NCBI RefSeq assembly: GCF_009914755.1
Contig: NC_060933.1
DNA length: 64,000 nucleotides
From: the human T2T-CHM13v2.0 reference genome, Homo sapiens
Strand: one strand, 5' to 3'
A program made the position numbers and the translations under genes. The notes below the pieces were generated by a model. The model made no database searches. It was not told the DNA's origin and worked only from the letters and a program-made list of their open reading frames with translations. Positions 31,101 through 45,980 of this stretch are shown piece after piece. The number at the start of each line of letters is the position of its first letter. The stretch's first letter is position 1.

Positions 31101-34100
31101 TTCCATTCCATTCGATTGCCATCGAGTTGATTCCATTGCATTCCATTCCATTCCATTCCATTCCTTTCCATTCCATTACGGATGACTCCATTCCATTGCA
31201 TTCCATTCCATTCCATTCCCCTGTACTCGGGTTGATTCCATTCCATTCCATTTCACTCCATTCGGTTCCGTTGCATTCCATTCTATTGCATTCCATTCTA
31301 TTCGGGTTAATTCCATTCCATTCTATTCCATTCCATTCCATTGCAATGGAGTTGATTCCATTCCTTTCCATTCCATTCCGGATGATTCAATTCCATTGCA
31401 TTCCATTTCATTCCATTCCCCTGCACTCGTGTTGATTCCATTCCATTCCATTCCATTCCATTCCGTTCCATTCCATTCCATTCCATTCTATTCCGGTTAA
31501 TTCCATTCCATTCCATTCCATTCCATTCCATTGCAATCGACTTGTTTCCATTCCATTCCTTTCCATTCCATTCCATTGCCTTGCATTCCACTCTGGTTGA
31601 TTCCATTCCCTTCTTTCCACTCCATTACATTCCCTTCCATTCCACTCGGAATGATTGATTCCATTCCATTCCATTCCATTTCATTCCATTGCAATCCATT
31701 CCAATCCATTCCATTCCATTCCATTCCACTCGAGTTGACTTCATTCCATTCCTTTCCATTCCTTTCCATTCCTTTCCACTCGAGTTGATTCCATTTCATT
31801 ACAATCCATTGCATTCCATTCCATGCCATTCCACTCGGGTTGATTCCATTCCTTTGCATTCCATTCCATTCCATTCCATTGCATTCCATTCAATTCCATT
31901 CCGTTGCATTCCATTCCATTACATTCGGATTGATTCTATTCAACTCCCTTACTCTCCATTACATTCCATTCTATTCGGGTTGTTCCATTCCATTCCATTC
32001 CATTCCACTCCATTCCATTGCACTCGGGTTGATTCCATTCCATTCCATTCCATTCCATTCCATTCCGAATGATTCCATTCCATTGCATTCCGTTCCATTA
32101 CATTCCCCTGCACTCGCGTTGATTCCATTCCATTCCATTCCATTCCATTCAATTCCATTCCATTACAATTCGTTCCATTCCATTCTATTCCGTACCACTC
32201 CATTCCATTCCATACCATTGCATTCCATTCCATTCCATTCCATTCCATTCCGTTCCATTCCGTTCCATTCCATTGCATTCCATTCTATTCGGGTTAATTC
32301 CATTCCATTCCATTCCATCCCATTCTATTACATTCCATTGCAATCGAGTTGAATCCATTGCATTTCATTCCATTCCATTCCATTCCATTCCATTCCGGAA
32401 GATTCCATTCCATTGCATTCCATTCCATTCCATTCCATTCCCCTGCACTCGCGTTGATTCCATTCCATTCCATTCCATTCCATTCCGTTCCGTTCCATTC
32501 CATTCCATTCCATTCCATTCCATTCCGTTCCGTTCCATTCCATTCCATTCCATTCTATTCGGGTTAATTCCATTCCATTCCATTCGATTGCAGTCGTGTT
32601 GATTCCATTCCATTCCATTCCATTCCATTCCATTCCATTCCCCTGCACTCGCGTTGATTCCATTCCATTCCATTCCATTCCATTCCGTTCCGTTCCATTC
32701 CATTCCATTCCATTCCATTCCGTTCCGTTCCATTCCATCCCATTACATTCTATTCGGGTTAATTCCATTCCATTCCATTCGATTGCCATCGAGTTGATTC
32801 CATTCCATTCCATTCCATTCCATTCCATTCCATTCCTTTCCATTCCATTACGGATGACTCCATTCCATTGCTTTCCATTCCATTCCATTCCCCTGTACTG
32901 GGGTTGATTCCATTCCATTCCATTCCACTCCATTCGGTTCCGTTGCATTCCATTCTATTGCATTCCATTCTATTCGGGTTAATTCCATTCCATTCTATTC
33001 CATTCCATTCCATTCCATTCCATTGCAATGGAGATTATTCCATTCCATTCCATTCCATTCCATTCCATTTCATTCCATTCCATTCTATTCCGTATCATTC
33101 CATTCCATTCCATTCCATTCCATTCCATTCCATTCCATTCCACTCGTGTTGATTCCATTCCTTTCCATTCCATTCGGTTTGAAGGCATTCCATTCCATTC
33201 CATTCCATTCCATTCCATTCCATTGTACTCGGGTTGATTGCATTCCATTGCATTCCATTCCATTCCATTCAATTCCATTCCGTTGCATTCCATTCCATTA
33301 CATTCGGATTGATTCTATTCAACTCCCTTACTCTGCATTACATTCCATTCCATTCGGGTTGTTCCATTCCATTCCATTCCATTCCACTCCATTCCATTGC
33401 ACTCGGGTTGAATCCATTCCATTCCATTCCATTCCATTCCATTCCATTCCATTCCATTCCATTCCATTCCGGATGATTCCATTCCATTGCATTCCGTTCC
33501 ATTACATTCCCCTGCACTCGCGATGATTCCATTCCATTCCATTCCATTCCATTCCGTTCCATTCAGTTCCATTGCATTCCATTCCATTCTATTCGGGTTA
33601 ATTCCATTCCATTCCATTCAATTCCATTCTATTCCATTCCATTGCAATCGAGTTGAATCCATTGCATTTCATTCCATTCCATTCCATTCCATTCCATTCC
33701 GGAAGATTCCATTCCATTGCATTCCATTACATTCCATTCCACTGCACTCGCGTTGATTCCATTCCATTCCATTCCATTGCATTCCATTCCATTCCATTCC
33801 ATTCCATTCCGTTGCATTCCATTCCATTACATTCGGATTGATTCTATTCAACTCCCTTACTCTCCATTACATTCCATTCCATTCGGGTTGTTCCATTCCA
33901 TTCCATTCCATTCCACTCCATTCCATTGCACTCGGGTTGATTCCATTCCATTCCATTCCATTCCATTCCATTCCATTCCGGATGATTCCATTCCATTGCA
34001 TTCCGTTCCATTACATTCCCCTGCACTCGCGTTGATTCCATTCCATTCCATTCCATTCCATTCAATTCCATTCCATTACAATTCGTTCCATTCCATTCTA

Positions 34101-37100
34101 TTCCGTACCATTCCATTCCATTCCATACCATTCCATTCCATTCCATTCCGTTCCATTCCGTTCCATTCCGTTCCATTCCATTCCATTCCATTCTATTCGG
34201 ATTAATTCCATTCCATTACATTCCATTCCATTCTATTACATTCCATTGCAATCGAGTTGAATCCATTGCATTTCATTCCATTCCATTCCATTCCATTCCA
34301 TTCCGAAAGATTCCATTCCTTTGCATTCCATTCCATTCCATTCCCCTGCACTCGCGTTTATTCCATTCCATTCCATTCCATTCCATTCCATTCCGTTCCG
34401 TTCCATTCCATTCCATTCCATTCCATTCCGTTCCGTTCCATACCATTCCATTCCATTCTATTCGGGTTAATTCCATTCCATTCCATTCGATTGCAATCGA
34501 GTTGATTCCATTCCATTCCATTCCATTCCATTCCATTCCATTCCATTCCATTCCTTTCCATTCCATTACGGATGACTCCATTCCATTGCATTCCATTCCA
34601 TTCCATTCCCCTGTACTCGGGTTGATTCCATTCCATTCCATTTCACTCCATTCGGTTCCGTTGCATTCCATTCTATTGCATTCCATTCTATTCGGGTTAA
34701 TTCCATTCCATTCTATTCCATTCCATTCCATTGCAATGGAGTTGATTCCATTCCTTTCCATTCCATTCCGGATGGTTCCATTCCATTGCATTCCATTCCA
34801 TTCCATTCCCCTGCACTCGCGTTGATTCCATTCCATTCCATTGCATTCCATTCCGTTCCATTCCATTCCATTCCATTCTATTCCGGTTAATTCCATTCCA
34901 TTCCATTCCATTCCATTGCAATCGAGTTGTTTCCATTCCATTCCTTTCCATTCCATTCCATTGCCTTGCATTCCACTCGGGTTGATTCCATTCCCTTCTT
35001 TCCACTCCATTACATTGCCTTCCATTCCACTCGGAATGATTGATTCCATTCCATTCCATTCCATTTCATTCCATTGCAATCCATTCCAATCCATTCCATT
35101 CCATTCCATTCCACTCGAGTTGACTTCATTCCATTCCTTTCCATTCCTTTCCACTCGAGTTTATTCCATTTCATTCCAATCCATTGCATTCCATTCCATG
35201 CCATTCCACTCGGGTTGATTCCATTCCTTTGCCTTCCATTCCATTCCATTCCATTGCATTCCATTCAATTCCATTCCGTTGCATTCCATTCCATTACATT
35301 CGGATTGATTCTATTCAACTCCCTTACTCTCCATTACATTCCATTCCATTCGGGTTGTTCCATTCCATTCCATTCCATTCCACTCCATTCCATTGCACTC
35401 GGGTTGATTCCATTCCATTCCATTCCATTCCATTCCATTCCGGATGATTCCATTCCATTGCATTCCGTTCCATTACATTCCCCTGCACTCGCGTTGATTC
35501 CATTCCATTCCATTCCATTACATTCAATTCCATTCCATTACAATTCGTTCCATTCCATTCTATTCCGTACCACTCCATTCCATTCCATACCATTCCATTC
35601 CATTCCATACCATTCCATTCCATTCCATTCCATTCCGTTCCATTCCGTTCCATTCCATTGCATTCCATTCTATTCGGGTTAATTCCATTCCATTCCATTC
35701 CATCCCATTCTAGTACATTCCATTGCAATCGAGTTGAATCCATTGCATTTCATTCCATTCCATTCCATTCCGGAAGATTCCATTCCATTGCATTCCATTC
35801 CATTCCATTCCCCTGCACTCGCGTTGATTCCATTCCATTCCATTCCATTCCATTCCATTCCATTCCTTTCCGTTCCATTCCATTCCATTCCAATCCATTC
35901 CGTTCCGTTCCGTTCCGTTCCATTCCATTCCATTCCATTCTATTCGGGTTAATTCCATTCCATTCCATTCGATTGCAATCGAGTTGATTCCATTCCATTC
36001 CATTCCATTCCATTCCATTCCATTCCATTCCTTTCCATTCCATTACGGATTATTCCACTCCATTGCATTCCATACCATTCCATTCCCCTGTACTCGGGTT
36101 GATTCCATTCCATTCCATTCCAATCCATGCCATTCCACTCGTGTTGATTCCATTCTTTCCATTCCATTCAAGTTGAATCCATTCCATTGCATTCCATTCC
36201 ATTCGATTCCATTCGATTGCACTCGGGTTGATTCCATTCCATTGCATTCCATTCCATTCCATTTCATTCCATTCCATTCCGTTCCATTCCATTTCATTAC
36301 ATTCAGATTGATTCTATACAATTCCCTTACACTCCATTATATTCCAATCCATTCTGGTTGTCTCCATTCCATTCCATTCCATTTCACTCCATTCCATTGC
36401 ACTCGGGTTGATTCCATTCCATTCCATTCCATTGCATTCCATTCCATTCCATTCCGGATGATTCCACTCCATTGCATTCCATTCCATTCCATTCCCCTGC
36501 ACTCGGGTTTTTTCCATTCCATTCCATTACATTACATTCCGTTCCATTCCATTCCATTCCATTCGGATTGATTCTATTCAATTCCCTTACACTCCATTCC
36601 GTTCCATTCCATTCGGGTAGTTTCCATTCCATTCCATTCCATTCCTCTCCATTCCATTGCACTCGGGTTGATTCCATTCTATTGCATTCCATTCCATTCC
36701 ATTCAATTCCATTCTGTTCCATTCCATTCCATTCCTTTCCGTTCCATTCCATTCCATTCCATTCCATTCCATACCGTTCCGTTCCGTTCCGTTCCATTCC
36801 ATTCCATTCCATTCTATTCGGGTTAATTCCATTCCATTCCACTCGATTGCAATCGAGTTGATTCCATTCCATTCCATTCCATTCCATTCCATTCCATTCC
36901 ATTCCTTTCCTTTCCATTCCATTACGGATGATTCCATTCCATTGCATTCCATTCCATTCCATTCCCCTGTACTCGGGTTGATTCCATTCCATTCCATTCC
37001 AATCCATGCCATTCCACTCGTATTGATTCCATTCTTTCCATTCCATTCAAGTTGAATCCATTCCATTGCATTCCATTCCATTCCATTCCCCTGCAGTCGG

Positions 37101-40100
37101 GTTGATTCCATTCCATTCCATACCATTCCATTCCATTCCATTCCATTCCATTCCATTCCAATCAAGTTGATTCCATTCCATTCCATTCCACTCCATTCCA
37201 GTCCTTTCCATTCCATTCCACTCGGGTTGATTCCAAGGTATTCCTTTCCATTCCATTCCATTCCATTGCAATCGAGTTGATTCCATTGCTTTGCATTAAA
37301 TTCCATTCCATTCCATTCCGGATGATTCCATTCCATTGCATTCCATTCCATTCCATTCCCCTGCACTCGGGTTTATTCCATTCCATTCCACTCCATTCCA
37401 TTCCATTCCATTCCATTCCATTGTATTCGGGTTAATTCCATTCCATTCCATTCCATTCCATTCCATTCCATTCCATTCCATTCCATTCCATTCCATTCCA
37501 TTTCATTCCATTCCATTCTATTCCGTATCATTCCATTCCATTCCATTCCATTCCATTCCATTCCATTCCATTCCACTCGTGTTGATTCCATTCCTTTCCA
37601 TTCCATTCGGTTTGAAGGCATTCCATTCCATTCCATTCCATTCCATTCCATTCCATTGTACTCGGGTTGATTGCATTCCATTGCATTCCATTCCATTCCA
37701 TTCAATTCCATTCCGTTGCATTCCATTCCATTACATTCGGATTGATTCTATTCAACTCCCTTACTCTGCATTACATTCCATTCCATTCGGGTTGTTCCAT
37801 TCCATTCCATTCCATTCCACTCCATTCCATTGCACTCGGGTTGAATCCATTCCATTCCATTCCATTCCATTCCATTCCATTCCATTCCATTCCATTCCAT
37901 TCCGGATGATTCCATTCCATTGCATTCCGTTCCATTACATTCCCCTGCACTCGCGATGATTCCATTCCATTCCATTCCATTCCATTCCGTTCCATTCAGT
38001 TCCATTGCATTCCATTCCATTCTATTCGGGTTAATTCCATTCCATTCCATTCAATTCCATTCTATTCCATTCCATTGCAATCGAGATGAATCCATTGCAT
38101 TTCATTCCATTCCATTCCATTCCATTCCATTCCGGAAGATTCCATTCCATTGCATTCCATTACATTCCATTCCCCTGCACTCGCGTTGATTCCATTCCAT
38201 TCCATTCCATTGCATTCCATTCCATTCCATTCCATTCCATTCCGTTGCATTCCATTCCATTACATTCGGATTGATTCTATTCAACTCCCTTACTCTCCAT
38301 TACATTCCATTCCATTCGGGTTGTTCCATTCCATTCCATTCCATTCCACTCCATTCCATTGCACTCGGGTTGATTCCATTCCATTCCATTCCATTCCATT
38401 CCATTCCATTCCGGATGATTCCATTCCATTGCATTCCGTTCCATTACATTCCCCTGCACTCGCGTTGATTCCATTCCATTCCATTCCATTCCATTCAATT
38501 CCATTCCATTACAATTCGTTCCATTCCATTCTATTCCGTACCATTCCATTCCATTCCATACCATTCCATTCCATTCCATTCCGTTCCATTCCGTTCCATT
38601 CCGTTCCATTCCATTCCATTCCATTCTATTCGGATTAATTCCATTCCATTACATTCCATTCCATTCTATTACATTCCATTGCAATCGAGTTGAATCCATT
38701 GCATTTCATTCCATTCCATTCCATTCCATTCCATTCCATTCCGAAAGATTCCATTCCTTTGCATTCCATTCCATTCCATTCCCCTGCACTCGCGTTTATT
38801 CCATTCCATTCCATTCCATTCCATTCCATTCCGTTCCGTTCCATTCCATTCCATTCCATTCCATTCCGTTCCGTTCCATACCATTCCATTCCATTCTATT
38901 CGGGTTAATTCCATTCCATTCCATTCGATTGCAATCGAGTTGATTCCATTCCATTCCATTCCATTCCATTCCATTCCATTCGATTCCTTTCGATTGCACT
39001 CGGGTTGATTCCATTCCATTGCATTCCATTCCATTCCATTCCATTCCGTTCCATTCCATTCCATTACATTCGGATTGATTCTATTCAATTCCCTTACACT
39101 CCATTACATTACATTCCATTCGGGTAGTTTCCATTCCATTCCATTCCATTCCTCTCCATTCCATTGCACTCGGGTTGATTCCATTCCATTGCATTCCATT
39201 CCATTCCATTCAATTCTATTCCGTTCCATTCCATTCCATTACATTCGGATTGATTCTATTCAACTCCCTTACTCTCCATTACATTCCATTCCATTCGGGT
39301 TGTTCCATTCCATTCCATTCCATTCCACTCCATTCCATTGGACTCGGGTTGATTCCATTCCATTCCATTCCATTCCATTCCATTCCATTCCGGAAGATTC
39401 CATTCCATTGCATTCAATTCCATTCCATTCCCCTGCACTCGCGTTGATTCCATTCTATTCCATTCTATTCCATTCCATTCCCTTCCTTTCCGTTCCATTC
39501 CATTCCATTCCATTCCATTCCATTCCGTTCCGTTCCGTTCCGTTCCATTCCATTCCATTCCATTCTATTCGGGTTTATTCCATTCCATTCCATTCGATTG
39601 CAATCGAGTTGATTCCATTCCATTCCATTCCATTCCATTCCATTCCATTCCATTCCTTTCCATTCCATTACGGATGATTCCATTCCATTGCATTCCATTC
39701 CATTCCATTCCCCTGTACTCGGGTTGATTCCATTCCATTCCATTCCAATCCATGCCCTTCCACTCGTGTTGATTCCATTATTTCCATTCCATTCTAGTTG
39801 AATCCATTCCATTGCATTCCATTCCATTCCATTCCATTCGATTGCAATTGTGTTGATTCCATTCCATTCCATTCCATTCCATTCCATTCAATTCCATTCC
39901 GTTCCATTCCATTCAATTACATTCGGATTCATTCTATTCAACTCCCTTACTCTCCATTATATTCCATTCCATTCGGGTTGTTCCATTCCATTCCATTCCA
40001 TTCCACTCCATTCCATTGCACTCGGGTTTGTTCCATTCCATTCCATTCCATTCCATTCCATTCCGGAAGATTCCGTTCCATTGCATTCCATTCCATTCCA

Positions 40101-42415
40101 TTCCCCTGCACTCGCGTTGATTCCATTCTATTCCATTCTATTCCATTCCATTCCCTTCCTTTCCGTTCCTTTCCATTCCATTCCATTCCATTCCATTCCG
40201 TTCCGTTCCGTTCCGTTCCATTCCATTCCATTCCATTCTATTCGGGTTAATTCCATTCCATTCCATTCGATTGCAATCGAGTTGATTCCATTCCATTCCA
40301 TTCCATTCCATTCCATTCCATTCCTTTCCATTCCATTACGGAAGATTCCATTCCATTGCATGCCATTGCATTCCATTCCCCTGCACTCGCGTTGATTCCA
40401 TTCCATTCCATTCCATTCCATTCCGTTCCGTTCCATTCCATTCCATTCCATTCCATTCGGGTTAATTCCATTCCATTCCATTCGATTGCCATCGAGTTGA
40501 TTCCATTGCATTCCATTCCATTCCATTCCATTCCTTTCCATTCCATTACGGATGACTCCATTCCATTGCATTCCATTCCATTCCATTCCCCTGTACTCGG
40601 GTTGATTCCATTCCATTCCATTTCACTCCATTCGGTTCCGTTGCATTCCATTCTATTGCATTCCATTCTATTCGGGTTAATTCCATTCCATTCTATTCCA
40701 TTCCATTCCATTGCAATGGAGTTGATTCCATTCCTTTCCATTCCATTCCGGATGATTCAATTCCATTGCATTCCATTTCATTCCATTCCCCTGCACTCGT
40801 GTTGATTCCATTCCATTCCATTCCATTCCATTCCATTCCGTTCCATTCCATTCCATTCCATTCTATTCCGGTTAATTCCATTCCATTCCATTCCATTCCA
40901 TTCCATTGCAATCGACTTGTTTCCATTCCATTCCTTTCCATTCCATTCCATTGCCTTGCATTCCACTCTGGTTGATTCCATTCCCTTCTTTCCACTCCAT
41001 TACATTCCCTTCCATTCCACTCGGAATGATTGATTCCATTCCATTCCATTTCATTCCATTGCAATCCATTCCAATCCATTCCATTCCATTCCATTCCACT
41101 CGAGTTGACTTCATTCCATTCCTTTCCATTCCTTTCCATTCCTTTCCACTCGAGTTGATTCCATTTCATTACAATCCATTGCATTCCATTCCATGCCATT
41201 CCACTCGGGTTGATTCCATTCCTTTGCATTCCATTCCATTCCATTCCATTGCATTCCATTCAATTCCATTCCGTTGCATTCCATTCCATTACATTCGGAT
41301 TGATTCTATTCAACTCCCTTACTCTCCATTACATTCCATTCTATTCGGGTTGTTCCATTCCATTCCATTCCATTCCACTCCATTCCATTGCACTCGGGTT
41401 GATTCCATTCCATTCCATTCCATTCCATTCCATTCCGAATGATTCCATTCCATTGCATTCCGTTCCATTACATTCCCCTGCACTCGCGTTGATTCCATTC
41501 CATTCCATTCCATTCCATTCAATTCCATTCCATTACAATTCGTTCCATTCCATTCTATTCCGTACCACTCCATTCCATTCCATACCATTGCATTCCATTC
41601 CATTCCATTCCATTCCATTCCGTTCCATTCCGTTCCATTCCATTGCATTCCATTCTATTCGGGTTAATTCCATTCCATTCCATTCCATCCCATTCTATTA
41701 CATTCCATTGCAATCGAGTTGAATCCATTGCATTTCATTCCATTCCATTCCATTCCATTCCATTCCGGAAGATTCCATTCCATTGCATTCCATTCCATTC
41801 CATTCCATTCCCCTGCACTCGCGTTGATTCCATTCCATTCCATTCCATTCCATTCCGTTCCGTTCCATTCCATTCCATTCCATTCCATTCCATTCCGTTC
41901 CGTTCCATTCCATTCCATTCCATTCTATTCGGGTTAATTCCATTCCATTCCATTCGATTGCAGTCGTGTTGATTCCATTCCATTCCATTCCATTCCATTC
42001 CATTCCATTCCCCTGCACTCGCGTTGATTCCATTCCATTCCATTCCATTCCATTCCGTTCCGTTCCATTCCATTCCATTCCATTCCATTCCGTTCCGTTC
42101 CATTCCATCCCATTACATTCTATTCGGGTTAATTCCATTCCATTCCATTCAATTGCCATCGAGTTGATTCCATTCCATTCCATTCCATTCCATTCCATTC
42201 CATTCCATTCCTTTCCATTCCATTACGGATGACTCCATTCCATTGCTTTCCATTCCATTCCATTCCCCTGTACTGGGGTTGATTCCATTCCATTCCATTC
42301 CACTCCATTCGGTTCCGTTGCATTCCATTCTATTGCATTCCATTCTATTCGGGTTAATTCCATTCCATTCTATTCCATTCCATTCCATTCCATTCCATTG
42401 CAATGGAGATTATTC
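25150..42415. repeat. Direct duplication ~7.9 kb at ~9.35 kb period: ~25150-33040 and ~34500-42415
   Basis: Near-identical ORF pairs at offsets 9345-9375 (25157/34502, 26639/35984, 29705/39075, 31840/41210, 32868/42243). Both copies end at caatggagattattcc. Confidence 0.94.
33045..34510. repeat. Third copy of a ~1.45 kb block (also at ~28120-29580 and ~37480-38950)
   Basis: Shared ggtttgaaggca, ctcgcgatga, ttcagttcc and ccgaaagatt variants. ORF offsets 4927-4932 (28158/33085, 28785/33717). Confidence 0.93.
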
Positions 42416-42479
42416 CATTCCATTCCATTCCATTCCGGATGATTCCATTGCATTCCATTCCATTCCATTCCATTCCCCT

Positions 42480-44240
42480 GCACTCGTGTTGATTCCATTC
42501 CCTTCCATTCCATTCCATTCCGTTCCATTGCATTCCATTCCATTCTATTCCGGTTAATTCCATTCCATTCCATTCCATTCCATTCCATTCCATTCCATTC
42601 CATTCCATTGCAATCGAGTTGATTCCATTCCATTCCTTTCCATTCCATTCCATTGCCTTGCATTCCACTCGGGTTGATTCCATTCCCTTCTTTCCACTCC
42701 ATTACATTCCCTTCCATTCCACTCCGAATGATTGATTCCATTCCATTCCATTCCATTTCATCCCATTGCAATCCATTCCAATCCATTCCATTCCATTCCA
42801 TTCCACTCGAGTTGACTTCATTCCATTCCTTTCCATTCCATTCCATTCCTTTCCACTCGAGTTGATTCCATTCCATTCCAATCCATTGCAATCCATTCCA
42901 TGCCATTCCACTCGGGTTGATTCCATTCCTTTGCATTCCATTCCATTCCATTCCATTGCATTCCATTCCATTCCATTCCGTTGCATTCCATTCCATTACA
43001 TTCGGATTGATTCTATTCAACTCCCTTACTCTCCATTACATTCCATTCCATTCGGGTTGTTCCATTCCATTCCATTGCATTCCACTCCATTCCATTGCAC
43101 TCGGGTTGATTCCATTCCATTCCATTCCATTCCATTCCATTCCATTCCGGATGATTCCATTCCATTGCATTCCGTTCCATTACATTCCCCTGCACTCGGG
43201 TTGATACCATTCCATTCCATTCCATTCCATTCCATTCCATTCCGGATGATTCCATTCCATTGCATTCCATTCCATTCCTTTCCCCTGCACTCGGGTTGAT
43301 TACATTCCATTTCCTTCCCTTCCATTCCTTTCCATTCCATTCCATTCCATTCCATTCTATTCGGGTGAATTCCATTCCATTCCATTCCATTCCATTCCAT
43401 TCCATTCCATTCCATTGCAATCGAGTTGATTCCATTCCATTCCATTCCATTCCATTCCATTCCATTCCTTTCCATTCCATTACGGATGGCTTCCATTCCA
43501 TTGCATTCCATTCCATTCCATTCCCCTGTACTCGGGTTGATTCCATTCCCTTCCATTCCATTCCATTCCGTTCCATTCCATTCCATTCCATTCTATTCCG
43601 GTTAATTCCATTCCATTCCATTCCATTCCATTCCATTCCATTCCATTCCATTCCATTGCAATCGAGTTGATTCCATTCCATTCCTTTCCATTCCATTCCA
43701 TTGCCTTGCATTCCACTCGGGTTGATTCCATTCCCTTCTTTCCACTCCATTACATTCCCTTCCATGATTGATTCCATTCCATTCCATTCCATTTCATTCC
43801 ATTGCAATCCATTCCAATCCATTCCATTCCATGCCATTCCACTCGAGTTGACTTCATTCCATTCCTTTCCATTCCATTCCATTCCTTTCCACTCGAGTTG
43901 ATTCCATTCCATTCCAATCCATTGCATTCCATTCCATGCCATTCCACTCGGGTTGATTCCATTCCTTTGCATTCCATTCCATTCCATTCCATTCCATTCC
44001 ATTCCATTCCATTCCGTTGCATTCCATTCCATTACATTCGGATTGATTCTATTCAACTCCCTTACTCTCCATTACATTCCATTCCATTCGGGTTGTTCCA
44101 TTCCATTCCATTCCATTCCACTCCATTCCATTGCACTCGGGTTGATTCCATTCCATTCCATTCCATTCCATTCCATTCCATTCCATTCCGGATGATTCCA
44201 TTCCATTGCATTCCGTTCCATTACATTACCCTGCACTCGC
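42480..44240. repeat. Duplication ~0.7 kb at ~1.04 kb period: ~42480-43200 and ~43520-44240
   Basis: ORF pairs 42653/43701 (offset 1048) and 42766/43802 (offset 1036). The 12-nt change matches a deletion at 43765. Confidence 0.85.
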
Positions 44241-45980
44241 GTTGATTCCATTCCATTCCATTCCTTTCCATTCAATTCCATTCCATTACAATTCGTTCCA
44301 TTCCATTCTATTCCGTACCATTCCATTCCATTCCATACCATTCCATTCCATTCCATTCCATTCCATTCCATTCCGTTCCATTCCGTTGCATTCCATTCCA
44401 TTCCATTCTATTCGGGTTAATCCCATTCCATTCCATTCCATTCCATTCTATTCCATTCCATTGCAATCAAGTTGAATCCACTGCATTTCATTCCATTCCA
44501 TTCCATTCCATTCCGGAAGATTCCATTCCATTGCATTCCATTCCATGCCATTCCCCTGCACTCGCGTTGATTCCATTCCATTCCATTCCATTCCATTCCA
44601 TTCCATTCCATTCCGTTCCGTTCCGTTCCATTCCATTCCATTCCATTCTATTCGGGTTAATTCCACTCCATTCCATTCGATTGCAATCGTGTTGATTCCA
44701 TTCCATTCCATTCCATTCCATTCCATTCCATTCCATTCCATTCCTTTCCATTCCATTACGGATGATTCCATTCCATTGCATTCCATTCCATTCCATTCCC
44801 CTGTACTCGGGTTGATTCCATTCCATTGCATTCCAATCCATGCCCTTCCACTCATGTTGATTCCATTCTTTCCATTCCATTCAAGTTGAATCTATTCCAT
44901 TGCATTCCATTCCATTCGATTCCATTCGATTGCTCTCGGGTTGATTCCATTCCATTGCATTCCATTCCATTCCATTCCATTCCATTCCATTCCATTCCGT
45001 TCCATTCCATTCCATTACATTCGGATTGATTCTATTCAATTCCCTTACACTCCATTACATTCCATTCCATTCGGGTAGTTTCCATTCCATTCCATTCCAT
45101 TCCTCTCCATTCCATTGCACTCGGGTTGATTCCATTCAATTGCATTCCATTCTATTCCATTCAATTCCATTCCGTTCCATTCCATTCCATTACATTCGGA
45201 TTGATTCTATTCAACTCCCTTACTCTCCATTACATTCGATTCCATTCGGGTTGTTCCATTCCATACCATTCCATTCCACTCCATTCCATTGCACTCGGGT
45301 TGATTCCATTCCATTCCATTCCATTCCATTCCATTCCGGAAGATTCCATTCCATTGCATTCCATTCCATTCCATTCCCCTGCACTCGCGTTGATTCCATT
45401 CCATTCCATTCCATTCCATTCCATTCCATTCCATTCCTTTCCGTTCCATTCCATTCCATTCCATTCCATTCCAATCCATTCCATTCCGTTCCGTTCCGTT
45501 CCATTCCATTCCATTCCATTCTATTCGGGTTAATTCCATTCCATTCCATTCGATTGCAATCGAGTTGATTCCATTCCATTCTATTCCATTCCATTCCATT
45601 CCTTTCCATTCCATTACGAATGATTCCATTCCATTGCATTCCATTCCATTCCATTCCCCTGTACTCGGGTTGATTCCATTCCATTCCATTCCAATCCATC
45701 CCATTCCACTCGTGTTGATTCCATTCTTTCCATTCCATTCAAGTTGAATCCATTCCATTGCATTCCGTTCCATTCCATTCCCCTGCAGTCGGGTTGATTC
45801 CATTCCATTCCATTCCATTCTATTCCATTCCATTCCATTCCGTTCCGTTCCAATCCATTGCATTCCATTCTATTTGGGTTAATTCCATTCCATTCCATTC
45901 CATTCCATTCCAATCGAGTTGATTTCATTCCATTCCATTCCATTCCATTCCACTCCATTCCAGTCCTTTCCATTCCATTC

